64,000 bases of DNA, taken from assembly GCA_963796685.1 (NCBI GenBank), contig CAWCMR010000009.1, forward strand, positions 1-64,000. Reading direction: 5' to 3'. Positions 52,794 to 64,000 of the stretch are shown here, piece by piece (within the stretch, counting starts at the first letter, position 1; the number at the start of each line of letters is the position of its first letter). Source of the DNA: an uncultured delta proteobacterium. GTDB lineage: Bacteria > Myxococcota_A > Polyangia > Fen-1088. The position numbers were made by a program, and so were the translations under genes. Under the pieces are notes generated by a model. That model was not told where the DNA came from. It was given only the letters and a program-made list of their open reading frames with translations, and searched no databases.

Positions 52794-53078
52794 CCCATCT
52801 GGCCGAAACCACCAGAGGAACCCCGGCTCTGCCAGGCTCTGCCGTGGAGGCAGCAGCAGTTTGACATTTCCGGGAATCGGATACTCGACAACGCGGTGTC
52901 AGCGAAATGGTCTATCGGTCTATCGACTGAGGAAACCTTGGTGGAGACTCGATTTTGGCAACCTGCATCGTGTTGGAGGTCAAAGCCCCTGGCTCTGCCG
53001 GGGGCTTTGTGTTACTGGGCGGTGGGCCGGCAGATACGGCAACCTCATCGCCCATTTCTCAACTACTGCCAGCGCAAG

Positions 53079-55433
53079 CTATGGAACAAGCCAGTTGTGC
53101 TGGAATGGCGCCAGGTGAAACTCATTCGTAGAATTGACGGTCTCGGCAATGAGCGTTCCAACGATATTGCCGCCAAGGCTCGCGTTAGCGAAGGGAGCCA
53201 ACACGGATCCTTGGAGACCCACTGACGTTGCGTAGAACGAAGTAGCTTCGTACAAATTCCAAAGGAGGCCTGCCTCCCCGTAGTTCGTTATGCCCATGTT
53301 CTGAATCGACACACTCGAACCACTCACGTTGATAATAACAGTGGAACTCGACGGAACATTGATAGTGATCGAGTAAGCATTGACGAAGGCGGACGACGGA
53401 AGGTAGAAGACATTTACCGTTGGATCTATCCCTTTAAGGGTAATGTTGCCGTAGGCAATCGTCGGAGCGGTTCCCGAAAGCTTACCGATTGCCTGAGACA
53501 TTCCACGCAACTGCGTTCTAGCATTCGCAAAATCAATGGGATTGTTTGGGTGGTCGGTGGAAGCATTGTACGTAACGCTCTGGCTAATGCTTTCGCTGCC
53601 ACCATGGTAGATGGCTCCGTGAACAGTTCCTCCAGTCTTGAGCGTTAGATTTCCGCCAGCAACCACGGCAACGGACGACGCTCCCGCCCAGTTCAGGTTG
53701 AACGAGCTGGCGGTTACGTTGCCGCCTCCGGCTACCGGACCTTGCACATCCACGAGACCCGCAATGTCACCGAATGCAAAGACATTGAAGCCATCTGGAT
53801 ATACCGTACCCTCAACGCCTCCGAGGTTAAAGGCCGCGCCCAGTGAGTGCGCGTCAGTGGCAGCATGCGCCCCACAGTAGTAGTATGCAGCTGTCTGCCA
53901 TTGGTGATAGATTGTAAGGTCATAGCCCGTCAGGTAGCTTCCTCCAGGTAGTGCGGTAAAGGCACCTCTGGCAGGCATGGGATTTGAATGCCAGTTTGGG
54001 TCAATTTCGGAACAGGTGGAGGATTTGATCGGTAGACTGGTCTGATTATCCTGCCGATGGTAACAATCGATAAACGATGTCATCCCACCTATGGCGAAAT
54101 CGGCTGGTTTGCACTGGTGATTGTAACTACAGAGGGGCTGGGAGCCCGAACTGCAAGTGAATGAATCCTGCTCGGTGATTGCCGTCGAGACTCCGGTGGT
54201 CCAAGACGGCATTCCCGGCCACGGTTGGCACAGAAAGGCTATGAATGGATAGGAAGGGATGTTCCAGATTCCAACAATTCCTGAGTCGGGCGGGCATGTG
54301 TCGTTCTGGTTCAGGGTGCCGAACTCGATGTTTTCCATCGCCGTCCAGAAAGCATTGTTATACCCCTGCCAGTTATTACTCCAACTCGCTACCGGATCCA
54401 CGACTACGGACGTTAGGTTCCCGGGGCCTTGTTGTTGCAAAACATTGGGCAAGGAATCCTTGAGGACGTGGTACAAGGCCAGTTGGGCCATTTGTACAGC
54501 TTGAGTGGTCGCGTTGGTCCGGAAGAAGACATCGCATATGTTGTTGTCACCCCAACAGTTATTACTGGACGTATCTCCCGAATTAGATGACGCCAGTTTT
54601 ACATATGACCACAATAAGCTATTGCGCGTAGTGTCGGTTGCTGGGGTAAACGGAGAACTTCCGCCATTGGCTAGTGTAATAGCGCCGGCGCCTATCATTT
54701 TATAGTTGAGCTTGAATGCCTGCAATCCCACGCTGTTATAGTCATCTTGCAAGGAAGTAGACCCGGGCAAGGGTAGAATGCCGTATTGCTGACCGCTAAG
54801 ATGGGACTGGAGGTAAATAGGCAACAGGATGTTGTAGGCCATGCCAAGTCCATTGGCATAGCGTGCGCCGTTGCCGCCCTGAATGCTCAGAACCATATTA
54901 TCGAGGGCTTGCTTAGCATTGACGTCGAAAGTTTGCCACTTCGTATGGTCATTGGTCCCGTATGCAACCGCATAGTCGTAGTCGACAATGGCCTGGTTGA
55001 ACTCAAGCAGGGCTGTCTTTATGTCGTTATCCGTGATAATATTGTTGAGCTGGGTTACAGCTGCGTCCACTACTGATTTGACACTTGGGTCTGAACTTTG
55101 AAAGAGGCCAGACGCTTTGTACAGATCATAGGCTGCAGACAGAAAACCCACAACTTCGGCGACGCCCTCAGCCATTGCGAGTGGTTCCACTCCTGTTTGC
55201 GAGCGAGCTGGGCGACTGTGAAGGTAAAACACAGATGCGATTAGTAGAGGAGCTACCCATCGTCCAACTGCAGATCTCTGTCGTATCTTGGTGCCAACAC
55301 ACATCATGATATTTTCTCCGGTCTTGTGGTTGCTGCGCGTCAGGCGCAGTGTGGCAATAGTGACGCTGGGCAGTTTTTTGTCAAGTAGGAAATCAGGAGG
55401 CATGGTGCCCGCGAAATCATCGCCAGCGGTCAT
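53079..55433 (-). CDS. secreted protein with C-terminal choice-of-anchor A-like domain (start probably near 55307)
   Basis: FNVFAFGD…DVQGPVAGGGN…LLWNLYEA…GSVLAPFA. Confidence 0.7.
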   Translation of the reverse strand: MTAGDDFAGTMPPDFLLDKKLPSVTIATLRLTRSNHKTGENIMMCVGTKIRQRSAVGRWVAPLLIASVFYLHSRPARSQTGVEPLAMAEGVAEVVGFLSAAYDLYKASGLFQSSDPSVKSVVDAAVTQLNNIITDNDIKTALLEFNQAIVDYDYAVAYGTNDHTKWQTFDVNAKQALDNMVLSIQGGNGARYANGLGMAYNILLPIYLQSHLSGQQYGILPLPGSTSLQDDYNSVGLQAFKLNYKMIGAGAITLANGGSSPFTPATDTTRNSLLWSYVKLASSNSGDTSSNNCWGDNNICDVFFRTNATTQAVQMAQLALYHVLKDSLPNVLQQQGPGNLTSVVVDPVASWSNNWQGYNNAFWTAMENIEFGTLNQNDTCPPDSGIVGIWNIPSYPFIAFLCQPWPGMPSWTTGVSTAITEQDSFTCSSGSQPLCSYNHQCKPADFAIGGMTSFIDCYHRQDNQTSLPIKSSTCSEIDPNWHSNPMPARGAFTALPGGSYLTGYDLTIYHQWQTAAYYYCGAHAATDAHSLGAAFNLGGVEGTVYPDGFNVFAFGDIAGLVDVQGPVAGGGNVTASSFNLNWAGASSVAVVAGGNLTLKTGGTVHGAIYHGGSESISQSVTYNASTDHPNNPIDFANARTQLRGMSQAIGKLSGTAPTIAYGNITLKGIDPTVNVFYLPSSAFVNAYSITINVPSSSTVIINVSGSSVSIQNMGITNYGEAGLLWNLYEATSFYATSVGLQGSVLAPFANASLGGNIVGTLIAETVNSTNEFHLAPFQHNWLVP

Positions 55434-55439
55434 GCGGCC

Positions 55440-55560
55440 AGATGAGCAGGCGTCGCTACGGGACCCCTCGCGTCTACGAAGATCTCAAGCTGACGGGGAT
55501 CGCGTAGGCCGGAAGCGCGTGGCCAGGCTGATGCGTTAAGAGCGCATCGTGGCGCGGCTT
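55440..55560 (+). pseudogene. IS3-family transposase relic
   Basis: RRYGTPRVYEDL / DRVGRKRVARLMR. Confidence 0.65.
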
Positions 55561-55976
55561 TGCCCAGCAATTCTGAGTTGACGCGATGATCAGAGGAGAT
55601 AATCGCGGGAATTGTCGGGCTCGCGCTGATTGCCGGGCAAAGCTCCAGGCCGCCCTGCAAGTAGCGTTTGCCGACCCGCGAAACGGTGGTATCCACCAAC
55701 GGCAGTGGCCGTAGAGCGCAGGCTGTGGCCACCATCAAGCAGCAGCAAAACGCGAACAGCAGCAAAACGCGAATCCTACGCCATCGCCGAGGCGACAACC
55801 GCGTCCCGCCCCCGTTGCATCTTCAGCAACTCAGCTCGGTCTCTTGCTCGCAGTTTCAATCCCGTGAACCGAGGCGCAATCTTCATCCTTGACTATAGAT
55901 CCTACCCCGATCCGCGATGCAAGTGTTTTCGTCGCCCGTCGGCGCGATCCGTACGCGGCGGTCAGAGCACTAGGAG

Positions 55977-57092
55977 TTACGGAGTGATGCGGCCAATCTG
56001 ATTCCCGCTACTCTCTGTGAACCAGAGATTGCCATCCGGCCCAACCGTGATGGAGTGAGGTTGGCTGTTTGGGGTTGGGATTGGATATTCCGTGATGCCC
56101 CCTGTAGGCGTAATACAGCCAATCTGGCTGCCGCCTTGCTCCGTAAACCAAAGGTTATTGTCCGGACCAGCCGCGATGCCGTAGGGTTGGCTGTTTGGGG
56201 TTGGGATTGGATATTCCGTGATGCCCCCTGTAGGCGTAATACAGCCAATCTGGTTGCCGCCTTGCTCCGTAAACCAAAGGTTATTGTCCGGACCAGCCGC
56301 GATACGCCATGGAAGTCTATTCGGGGTCCGAATTGAGAATTCGGTAATGCTCCCTGTAGGGGTGACGCGGCCAATCTTGTTGCCATCTCGTTCGGTGAAC
56401 CAAATGTTACCGTCCGGCCCTGCTGTTATTCCATAGGCATCTCCGAGCGGGAGTTGGAACTCGCTTATGGACCCCGTGGTGGTGATGCGGCCGATCTTAT
56501 AGTTGATCTGTTGGGTGAACCAAAGATTACCGTCCTTCCCAGTCGTGATCTCGTAGGGTTCGCAGTTTGCCACTGAAGTCGGGATGCTGAATGCAGCGGT
56601 AAGAATGCCCGCGAGGGTGATGCGGCTGATATTGTTGCCAGCCCATTCAGTAAACCAAAGATTACCTTCAGGCCCGAGTGCGATACCCCAAGGGGCGAGG
56701 CCCGCGATAGGGATTGGGAATTCTGTGATGGTCCCTGTTGTCGTGATGCGGCCGATCTTGTCAGCTTGGAATTCAGTGAACCAGAGATCACTATCAGGTC
56801 CGGTCGTGATGTCTTCGGGCCGGCTATCAAATGAGGGGACTGGGAATTCTGTGACAGTTACCGTGGGCGCGATTCTGCATCCAATTCCATTGGTCCCGCC
56901 TACGCCCAGCGCATCGCCAAAACCCACGACACCGCCTGAGGATACCGAACCGTCGCTACCCGTCTTGCCTCCCGTAGTCGGCGCTCCCGTCCTAAGTGGG
57001 TCTGAACAGCCGACAAGTGTCCACACAAATCCAATGCAAAATGCTTTGGGTGCAGATCTTTGAAACGACACTATTTCTCGAAGATTTTGCAT
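55977..57092 (-). CDS. Vgb/streptogramin-lyase-like beta-propeller lipoprotein
   Basis: seven GPDGNLWFTE…IGRIT repeats; LVGC lipobox. Confidence 0.85.
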   Translation of the reverse strand: MQNLREIVSFQRSAPKAFCIGFVWTLVGCSDPLRTGAPTTGGKTGSDGSVSSGGVVGFGDALGVGGTNGIGCRIAPTVTVTEFPVPSFDSRPEDITTGPDSDLWFTEFQADKIGRITTTGTITEFPIPIAGLAPWGIALGPEGNLWFTEWAGNNISRITLAGILTAAFSIPTSVANCEPYEITTGKDGNLWFTQQINYKIGRITTTGSISEFQLPLGDAYGITAGPDGNIWFTERDGNKIGRVTPTGSITEFSIRTPNRLPWRIAAGPDNNLWFTEQGGNQIGCITPTGGITEYPIPTPNSQPYGIAAGPDNNLWFTEQGGSQIGCITPTGGITEYPIPTPNSQPHSITVGPDGNLWFTESSGNQIGRITP

Positions 57093-58326
57093 GATCGCCC
57101 CCCCGAATGACCACCCTACAGTCCACCTACCCGTTGGGAATAGTGATAGGCCCTCCGAGCATCCGGAGCGTGGCCCGAAATCCTCGAGAAAATCGCTCGG
57201 CTGCCCCATGAAGCGACCTGTAACTATGCGAAATCACTGTCGCGCAGAAGAGCTGCACCCAAATGCTTTGCAGAAGGCTGGATGGTGTACTGGCAATGGT
57301 AGGAATGACGAACGCAACGTCAGCACCTCATATCTGCATCAACCAAGACTGCCGAAGGATAAAGTGTGATGGGACATGGATGTGGATCCGATACCGGGAT
57401 AAGTTCATCGATGGATTTGACATCCGCATCACCTGTCAGTGCCAAATCAACAAGCCGCTTCGTTGTGCAACCGGGAGTACGCGCCGTCCAGGTACCACCG
57501 AATTCTCCGCCCGAGCTGCCTTCAGGAACAGCAGCAAAAACCTGCCAGTGTGAGAGCTACACCGTTGAGTGTTGCGGTTTGAGGCATAACCGCAATCCAG
57601 CATCTGGCAGAAACCGTGGCTTCCTCCTACAACCGACGCCCAGCCACCGCCTCCGCCCCCTCCTGCACTCGACCCAGTACCGCACCCGCTTGCAATTGCA
57701 TCGGACGCTCCGGTTCCATCATTGCTGCCAGGTTCGCCCGTGGCCGCAGCATCCCCCCCGTCTGTTGGCCGAGGCACCCTCAACGAAGCACAAGGCCCGG
57801 ACTGAGCTATTCCATATGCGCTAGAATCCGACAGAGACATCCCGAACGAGTAGGTTACCACCATGCTAGAGATGATACCAACTGTTGGCGGTCGTTCGAA
57901 CACTTTGTGGCAAGCGATCAATCGAGTCTCGCCTCAATGCGGCGTCGAGGTTTAACTTCGGCTCGACAGCATCCTGAGGAAAACGCACGATTTCGCGTCA
58001 CCGCCGAGCAAGGACATAGGGTATGTGTCAAGCACTCTGAACATGCAAAGAACGCAATACCAAGAAGGGTTGGGCCCTCGCCAAGGTGGTCTGCAGCTTC
58101 GCCAGAACCAAGCAGGTCGATCGCGCAGTCATTCGTTGCCTAGACCGCAGCATCCCGCGTTGCTTGGGTTCTCGGACGAGGATACGTGGCGGCCCAGCCA
58201 GCCGTATTCTTGCTCGATTCATTGCCCCACGTCGCCGTGCATGCGCACGAGTTTCTGCCAGAAGCCAGTTTCACGCTTCGGTCAACTGCCCTGCGCTCTG
58301 GCGGATGGACACGTAGACGCGGGGGT

Positions 58327-59886
58327 CAGCCCTTTCAAGGTGTCCTCTTTGACGCCGCATCTGCGAGCAGTCTGGCAGTAGACACATGAGTGTGCTTGGC
58401 AAACCGAGTCCGCTTCGGTACTGGATTCTTCGGGCCACGGGGATGGCTTCGGAATGCCGCTAAATTCACGTGGCCAGCAAGAGCGACCAGAGTTGCCCCG
58501 AGCTGCTGCGGTGTCATGGTTTGGAAGGACTCCCAATGGGGCTCCTCGATCGCGATCATCATGCCTCGGTATTGTGCACCGGACTTCATCCGCGATGTAG
58601 TAGCCAGACACCTCGGCTCGCACGCGCTCATGTCCGTGCTTTGCGCGCAACGCCGCCTTGACAGTTGACAGGATATTGTAAGCGGCCAGCGCGAGACAGA
58701 AAGCGAATAGCGCTGCCTTGGGATAGCCGAGCGTATCGATCTCGCCCGACAGAGTCGCAGCCAACTCCTGGAAAGCCGTCTCGATATTCCAGCGTGTCCG
58801 GTAGAGCGCCGCGATTCGGTTCGCCGGAGCTACCTCTTCCGGCAGGGTCGTGAGGACGTCGACCTCCGACTCGCCATCGCGGGTTGGCGTCTTCAGCTTG
58901 ATCGTGATTCGGCGCACGTGCAACGTCCGACCATCTCGCTCTCCCTCCCACACCAAAACCTCCTGCTCCGAGACGATTCCCCCTTCGATGCGACCGCGCT
59001 TGCGCAGTGGCCCCGCGGGCTCCCACGACAGTCCTGCATGCTGCCGGGTGATGAAGTAGGCGTCTTTGTCCGCAATGCCGAACACCAACCGCGTTGTGCA
59101 GAAGTTGCGGTCATCGAGCCACACATCCCGCGGCCGGACCAAGTTCAAAATGGCCGACGTCAGAGAGCGTTCCTGGGCGTGGCCGTCTTCGCACGGAATC
59201 ACGTTCGTGATCAGCTTGAGCGCCGGATCGAACACCACCAGGCAATGGCCAGGTAGCGGCCCAGCCTTGCTACCATGCAGTACCTTGAGTCGACGCTCAG
59301 TCGCCGCCAGATGGTTTCCGTCCAGAATCCGCAGCCGATATCCCGGCACTGGCGGTTCGAATTGGCCGCCCATCGCCTCGACCACTGGAGCCAGACGTTC
59401 GTGCGTGTGCTCAGTCAGCGCCGCTGCCAACCCCGGCTCGAACCTGTCGAGCTTGTCATAGACCGCGGTCACAGAAACCGAGACATCATCCTTGATCGCC
59501 TGGTAAGCCGCATGAACAGATGGACGGATTCGGAAGACCACCAACGACATCAGGTTGACCAGCGCCGAGAAGAGTAGCTCGCGCACGTACTGCCGTTCGG
59601 CCTTGGCCGCGAACAGCTCGTCCAACGCATCCGGCGAAAGCGCGTTCTCCAGAACGCCGCGTGCCATCACGCTAATGGGGCTCGCCTTGATGAATCGTGC
59701 AAACACCTCTCCCAATAGTTCCGCTTTGCTTCCCAGTGCAGCCTTGTCGTCGGCCATGGCAGTCGCTCCTGCACCGACCACAAAGCCACGGTGCGGGGGA
59801 ATCCTCGTAGGCGGGTGGCCTTCTCGCAAAAAACTTGCACGTTTATTCCCGCCGCATCACCCTGCGAGTGCACCTTGAAAGGGCTG
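58327..59886 (-). mobile_element. IS4-family element with frameshifted transposase
   Basis: perfect 16-bp TIR CAGCCCTTTCAAGGTG, 10-bp TSD ACGCGGGGGT; LDGN, DRNF, YRTRWNIE motifs. Confidence 0.92.
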
Positions 59887-60123
59887 ACGCGGGGGTCAAT
59901 GCCTATTGAGAATACCACCTGCAATGTGGGACAGGCGGATCGTTCGGAAGGCCTCCAGGAACATGAAGTCGAGCGCGGGGCCTTCCTTCCGCGTGGCAGA
60001 CTTCATGACTGCCGATGTAGACGCAAATGCGTGGAGCGACCACAAGGCGAATCGCCCACTGGCTCGGGTCTGCCACGGATGGTACCTTGTGGCCGACAAG
60101 GCTCATACGACAACGTGCTGTTG

Positions 60124-61065
60124 TCACTGGTACCCATCGAATGACCAGGTCATCGATTGCGCATCGGCGCCTTTGCTTGGAGTGGAAAGATAGGCCCCAC
60201 TCCACAAATTCGCCATGTTCAACAGGTGAAGCGTCCCCGGCCTTGTTCCACCGGCATAGGGATACTGTTGGGAACCGTTAAAGTACCACATCAGAGTCAT
60301 TGTAAACGTGCCGAAATTCGACAAATGATTGCTGCCATAATTTGGCTTCTCAACAATCCATTCCGTTGAGACCCCCAGAAACTGGGTATTCGATGGTCTT
60401 CCCACGGTTGTGGGAACATAGACCTCTCCCCCGCCGGAGGATTGCCACACCCACATTCCGAAAGAGGCATCGCCATTGCTATTGAGTTTTGATGCAAGGA
60501 CTTCAACAGTCATGCCGGGTAGTATTGTGACAGCCAAAACCGATTCTTGATTGGGGACGTACTCAACCCAAGCTCGATAAATTACCAAATTCATTATGCC
60601 AGGTACCCAGAATGAGATTTGCTCTGTGCCTGTTTGCATTAGGTCAACGTAGGTCTGATAGTCGTTTAAATAACCGTCCATTCCCACCCAGAAGGACGTT
60701 GCGTCCACCGCATTTGCCTCCTCACCCATGATCTGAGGTACAGTCCAAGCACCGATCGCATAGTGATTGTAGCCATTGGGGTCGCCCGCGAGGATAGCTC
60801 CGCTCCAATGATCACTAGCGGGATCCCACACGTCTTGTGCTTGCCCCTGTGGCATGAGTGGAGCAGCCACCGTTCCTGGAACGGCTGCGAGATTGGAAGC
60901 ACCAATCTCGTGATTGCGTTCCGGATTTGGAATGGTCTTTGAGGAACCTATGGCAACTGGCACTGAAACTCGCCTTAGCCAATCTCTATATAGTTCTGGG
61001 CTACTGACTGGGTCTGGCCGAAAAGGGTAGCCGTTTTGCATTAGTTGCTCTTGCGTAGGCTCCAA
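60124..61065 (-). CDS. G1-family glutamic peptidase; 5' region disrupted near the unit-7 junction
   Basis: HWSGA, SFWVGMDG, LMQTGT, AWVEY, STEWIVE. Confidence 0.8.
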   Translation of the reverse strand: MEPTQEQLMQNGYPFRPDPVSSPELYRDWLRRVSVPVAIGSSKTIPNPERNHEIGASNLAAVPGTVAAPLMPQGQAQDVWDPASDHWSGAILAGDPNGYNHYAIGAWTVPQIMGEEANAVDATSFWVGMDGYLNDYQTYVDLMQTGTEQISFWVPGIMNLVIYRAWVEYVPNQESVLAVTILPGMTVEVLASKLNSNGDASFGMWVWQSSGGGEVYVPTTVGRPSNTQFLGVSTEWIVEKPNYGSNHLSNFGTFTMTLMWYFNGSQQYPYAGGTRPGTLHLLNMANLWSGAYLSTPSKGADAQSMTWSFDGYQ

Positions 61066-61291
61066 AGGATTACCAGCAAGTGGAGGGCGTACTGGAGCAT
61101 AGGCGGAACAAGCGCCATTTTTCCTTCGCCGAATCGCCTCCCCAAATTGTCTGATATAAGAATGTTACGTAAACTACATTCGCCCCGATGCGCGAGTTCT
61201 CGACCATGCCCGTGGCCAAGTTCCTGAAGTGCGGGGCTGTCATTCACGAGCGGGACGGCGGGCCGCGCCCGCGCTACCGTCTGGAGGTCAC

Positions 61292-61792
61292 ATGAACGAC
61301 GAGGCGCACCTACGAGCCCAGATCCAAAGAGACCGCCCGCTAGGCGGAGGAAGAGTCGACGACAGGCCGGAGGTGGCGAAGCTGCTCGCCGCCGTCAAGG
61401 AGGCTCTCCCCGAGCTGGAGAAGTTGCGCGACAAGTGCGCGGCGCGCGTCGACGAGGACGCTGTTTACCGCTTCTACCACCAGTCGAACAAGCTGTACGG
61501 ACGCTGCCAGATCCACACGGAGGACATCGTCGCCAAGCTGCGATCACTCGCGCCTGATCCGCGCGTTACACTTGACCCGTACTTCGAGGAGATCGTCCGA
61601 GACGGTAAGCAGGAATGGGACAACTCGCACAACGAGGAGTGGACCAAGCACACACGTCCGATCTTGGAGGCGTTCTTTCACGCGCGCTATTTCCTCGACG
61701 TGCTGATCGCCTACGCGCACGAGCTGGACGAGCCCCCTAGCCTCATGGGGTACGGTTGGGCGGCGATCTTGACCCTGTACGGGCTTCGCTAG
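61292..61792 (+). CDS. hypothetical protein (copy of 3873-4373)
   Basis: identical. Confidence 0.7.
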   Translation: MNDEAHLRAQIQRDRPLGGGRVDDRPEVAKLLAAVKEALPELEKLRDKCAARVDEDAVYRFYHQSNKLYGRCQIHTEDIVAKLRSLAPDPRVTLDPYFEEIVRDGKQEWDNSHNEEWTKHTRPILEAFFHARYFLDVLIAYAHELDEPPSLMGYGWAAILTLYGLR

Positions 61793-61801
61793 GAGGGCAC
61801 A

Positions 61802-62664
61802 ATGGGCAAGTCGCACAACCTCACCGCCTTCTCCACTGCACCGTCGACCCTGCGCGAGTGCCTCACCCAGGGTCTCGGCCCGTACCGCAGCTTGTCCAGG
61901 CGTGGCGACATGACTGTCCCGCACGCGAGGCACCTGATCGAGACCTACCCCGCTCTCTACAAGCACGCGGACTCTCCTGCCGTCGCCGCTTCGCCAGCGT
62001 TCGCCCGCGACGGGTTCGGGTGTGGTGACGGCTGGTTCGGCATCATCGACCGCCTCTCGACGAAGCTGGCCGAGGATCCGTACCTGGTCGTGGTCCAGGT
62101 CAAGGAGAAGATGGGGGAGTTGCGGGTCTATCTCGATCGCGTCGCCGGCGCGCCGGAGCCCGACCCGGCGCTTGCCGCACGGCTCGGTGCCGCGCGCACC
62201 GCCGCCCGCGAGGCGTCCCTCCGCACCTGCGAGCTCTGCGGCGCGCCTGGCAAGCTGGAGGAGACGAGCCGGCACTGGCTTTTCGTACGCTGCAAATCTT
62301 GTGGCTGGCTTGACGATATGGCGGAAGCGTGTAGACGCCTCGAAGCACTCGTCAAGGGTGCGAAGAAGAGCGCCTTCGTTCGATCCATCGGCCGCGTGGC
62401 GGCGGCCAAATGCCACATCTGCCAGCACCTTGGTGTAGGCGCGAGGCACCAGCCGAGAGAGGTCAGAAGGAGGTTTCCTTCTATCCCCTGGAAGAAGCTG
62501 GACACCTGGCGCTGGATTGACAGCATCGAGCCCGCGGAGCGTGCTCGCGCCAAGGGCAAGATCCGCACGGGCAAGCAGTTCGAGGCCATGATCCTCAAAG
62601 TGCCCCCGGCAGAGCTGTGGCGGTTCATCAAGGACGAAAGCCCCAAGATCGCGGAGGCGCTGCG

Positions 62665-62668
<4 letters not shown>
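61802..62668 (+). CDS. copy of 4383-5249
   Basis: identical. Confidence 0.6.

Positions 62669-64000
<1,332 letters not shown>

Noticed and set aside
57366-58300. ORFs between the Vgb-like gene and IS4
   Set aside because: No recognisable motifs and conflicting frames, so no call can be supported
30794-61190. GGCC as a universal left-end signal
   Set aside because: Left junctions of copies 2, 5, 6 and unit 7 begin AGTC, CACC, GCTC and CCCG; only the 6459 and possibly the copy-3 junctions fit

Overview
GC-rich accessory region, probably from a Myxococcota/deltaproteobacterial genome (inferred from gene content). It is dominated by six near-identical, co-oriented copies of an IS91/ISCR-like HUH rolling-circle transposase (501 aa), and a seventh unit appears to begin at 61184. 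All six copies end at the same base (…TTCGAATCGCCTAT) followed by GGCC. Their left ends are nested at different points in captured DNA: a broken suf operon and, in unit 7, the MGE genes that flank copy 1. The segments between copies are unrelated, end-truncated cargo: two integron cassette arrays (one with attI downstream of intI), a CheB/CheR-kinase-Dps-sigma54 stress cluster, an AbiE-like/deaminase island, secreted beta-propeller proteins, a leuB fragment and IS debris. Other notable signals are a substitution cluster in the ori-proximal hairpin, a 43-bp noncoding repeat array behind a helical hypothetical gene, and a HicB/antitoxin-tail/metallophosphoesterase fusion without a toxin. All calls come from reading motifs and sequence by eye; no database searches were run.
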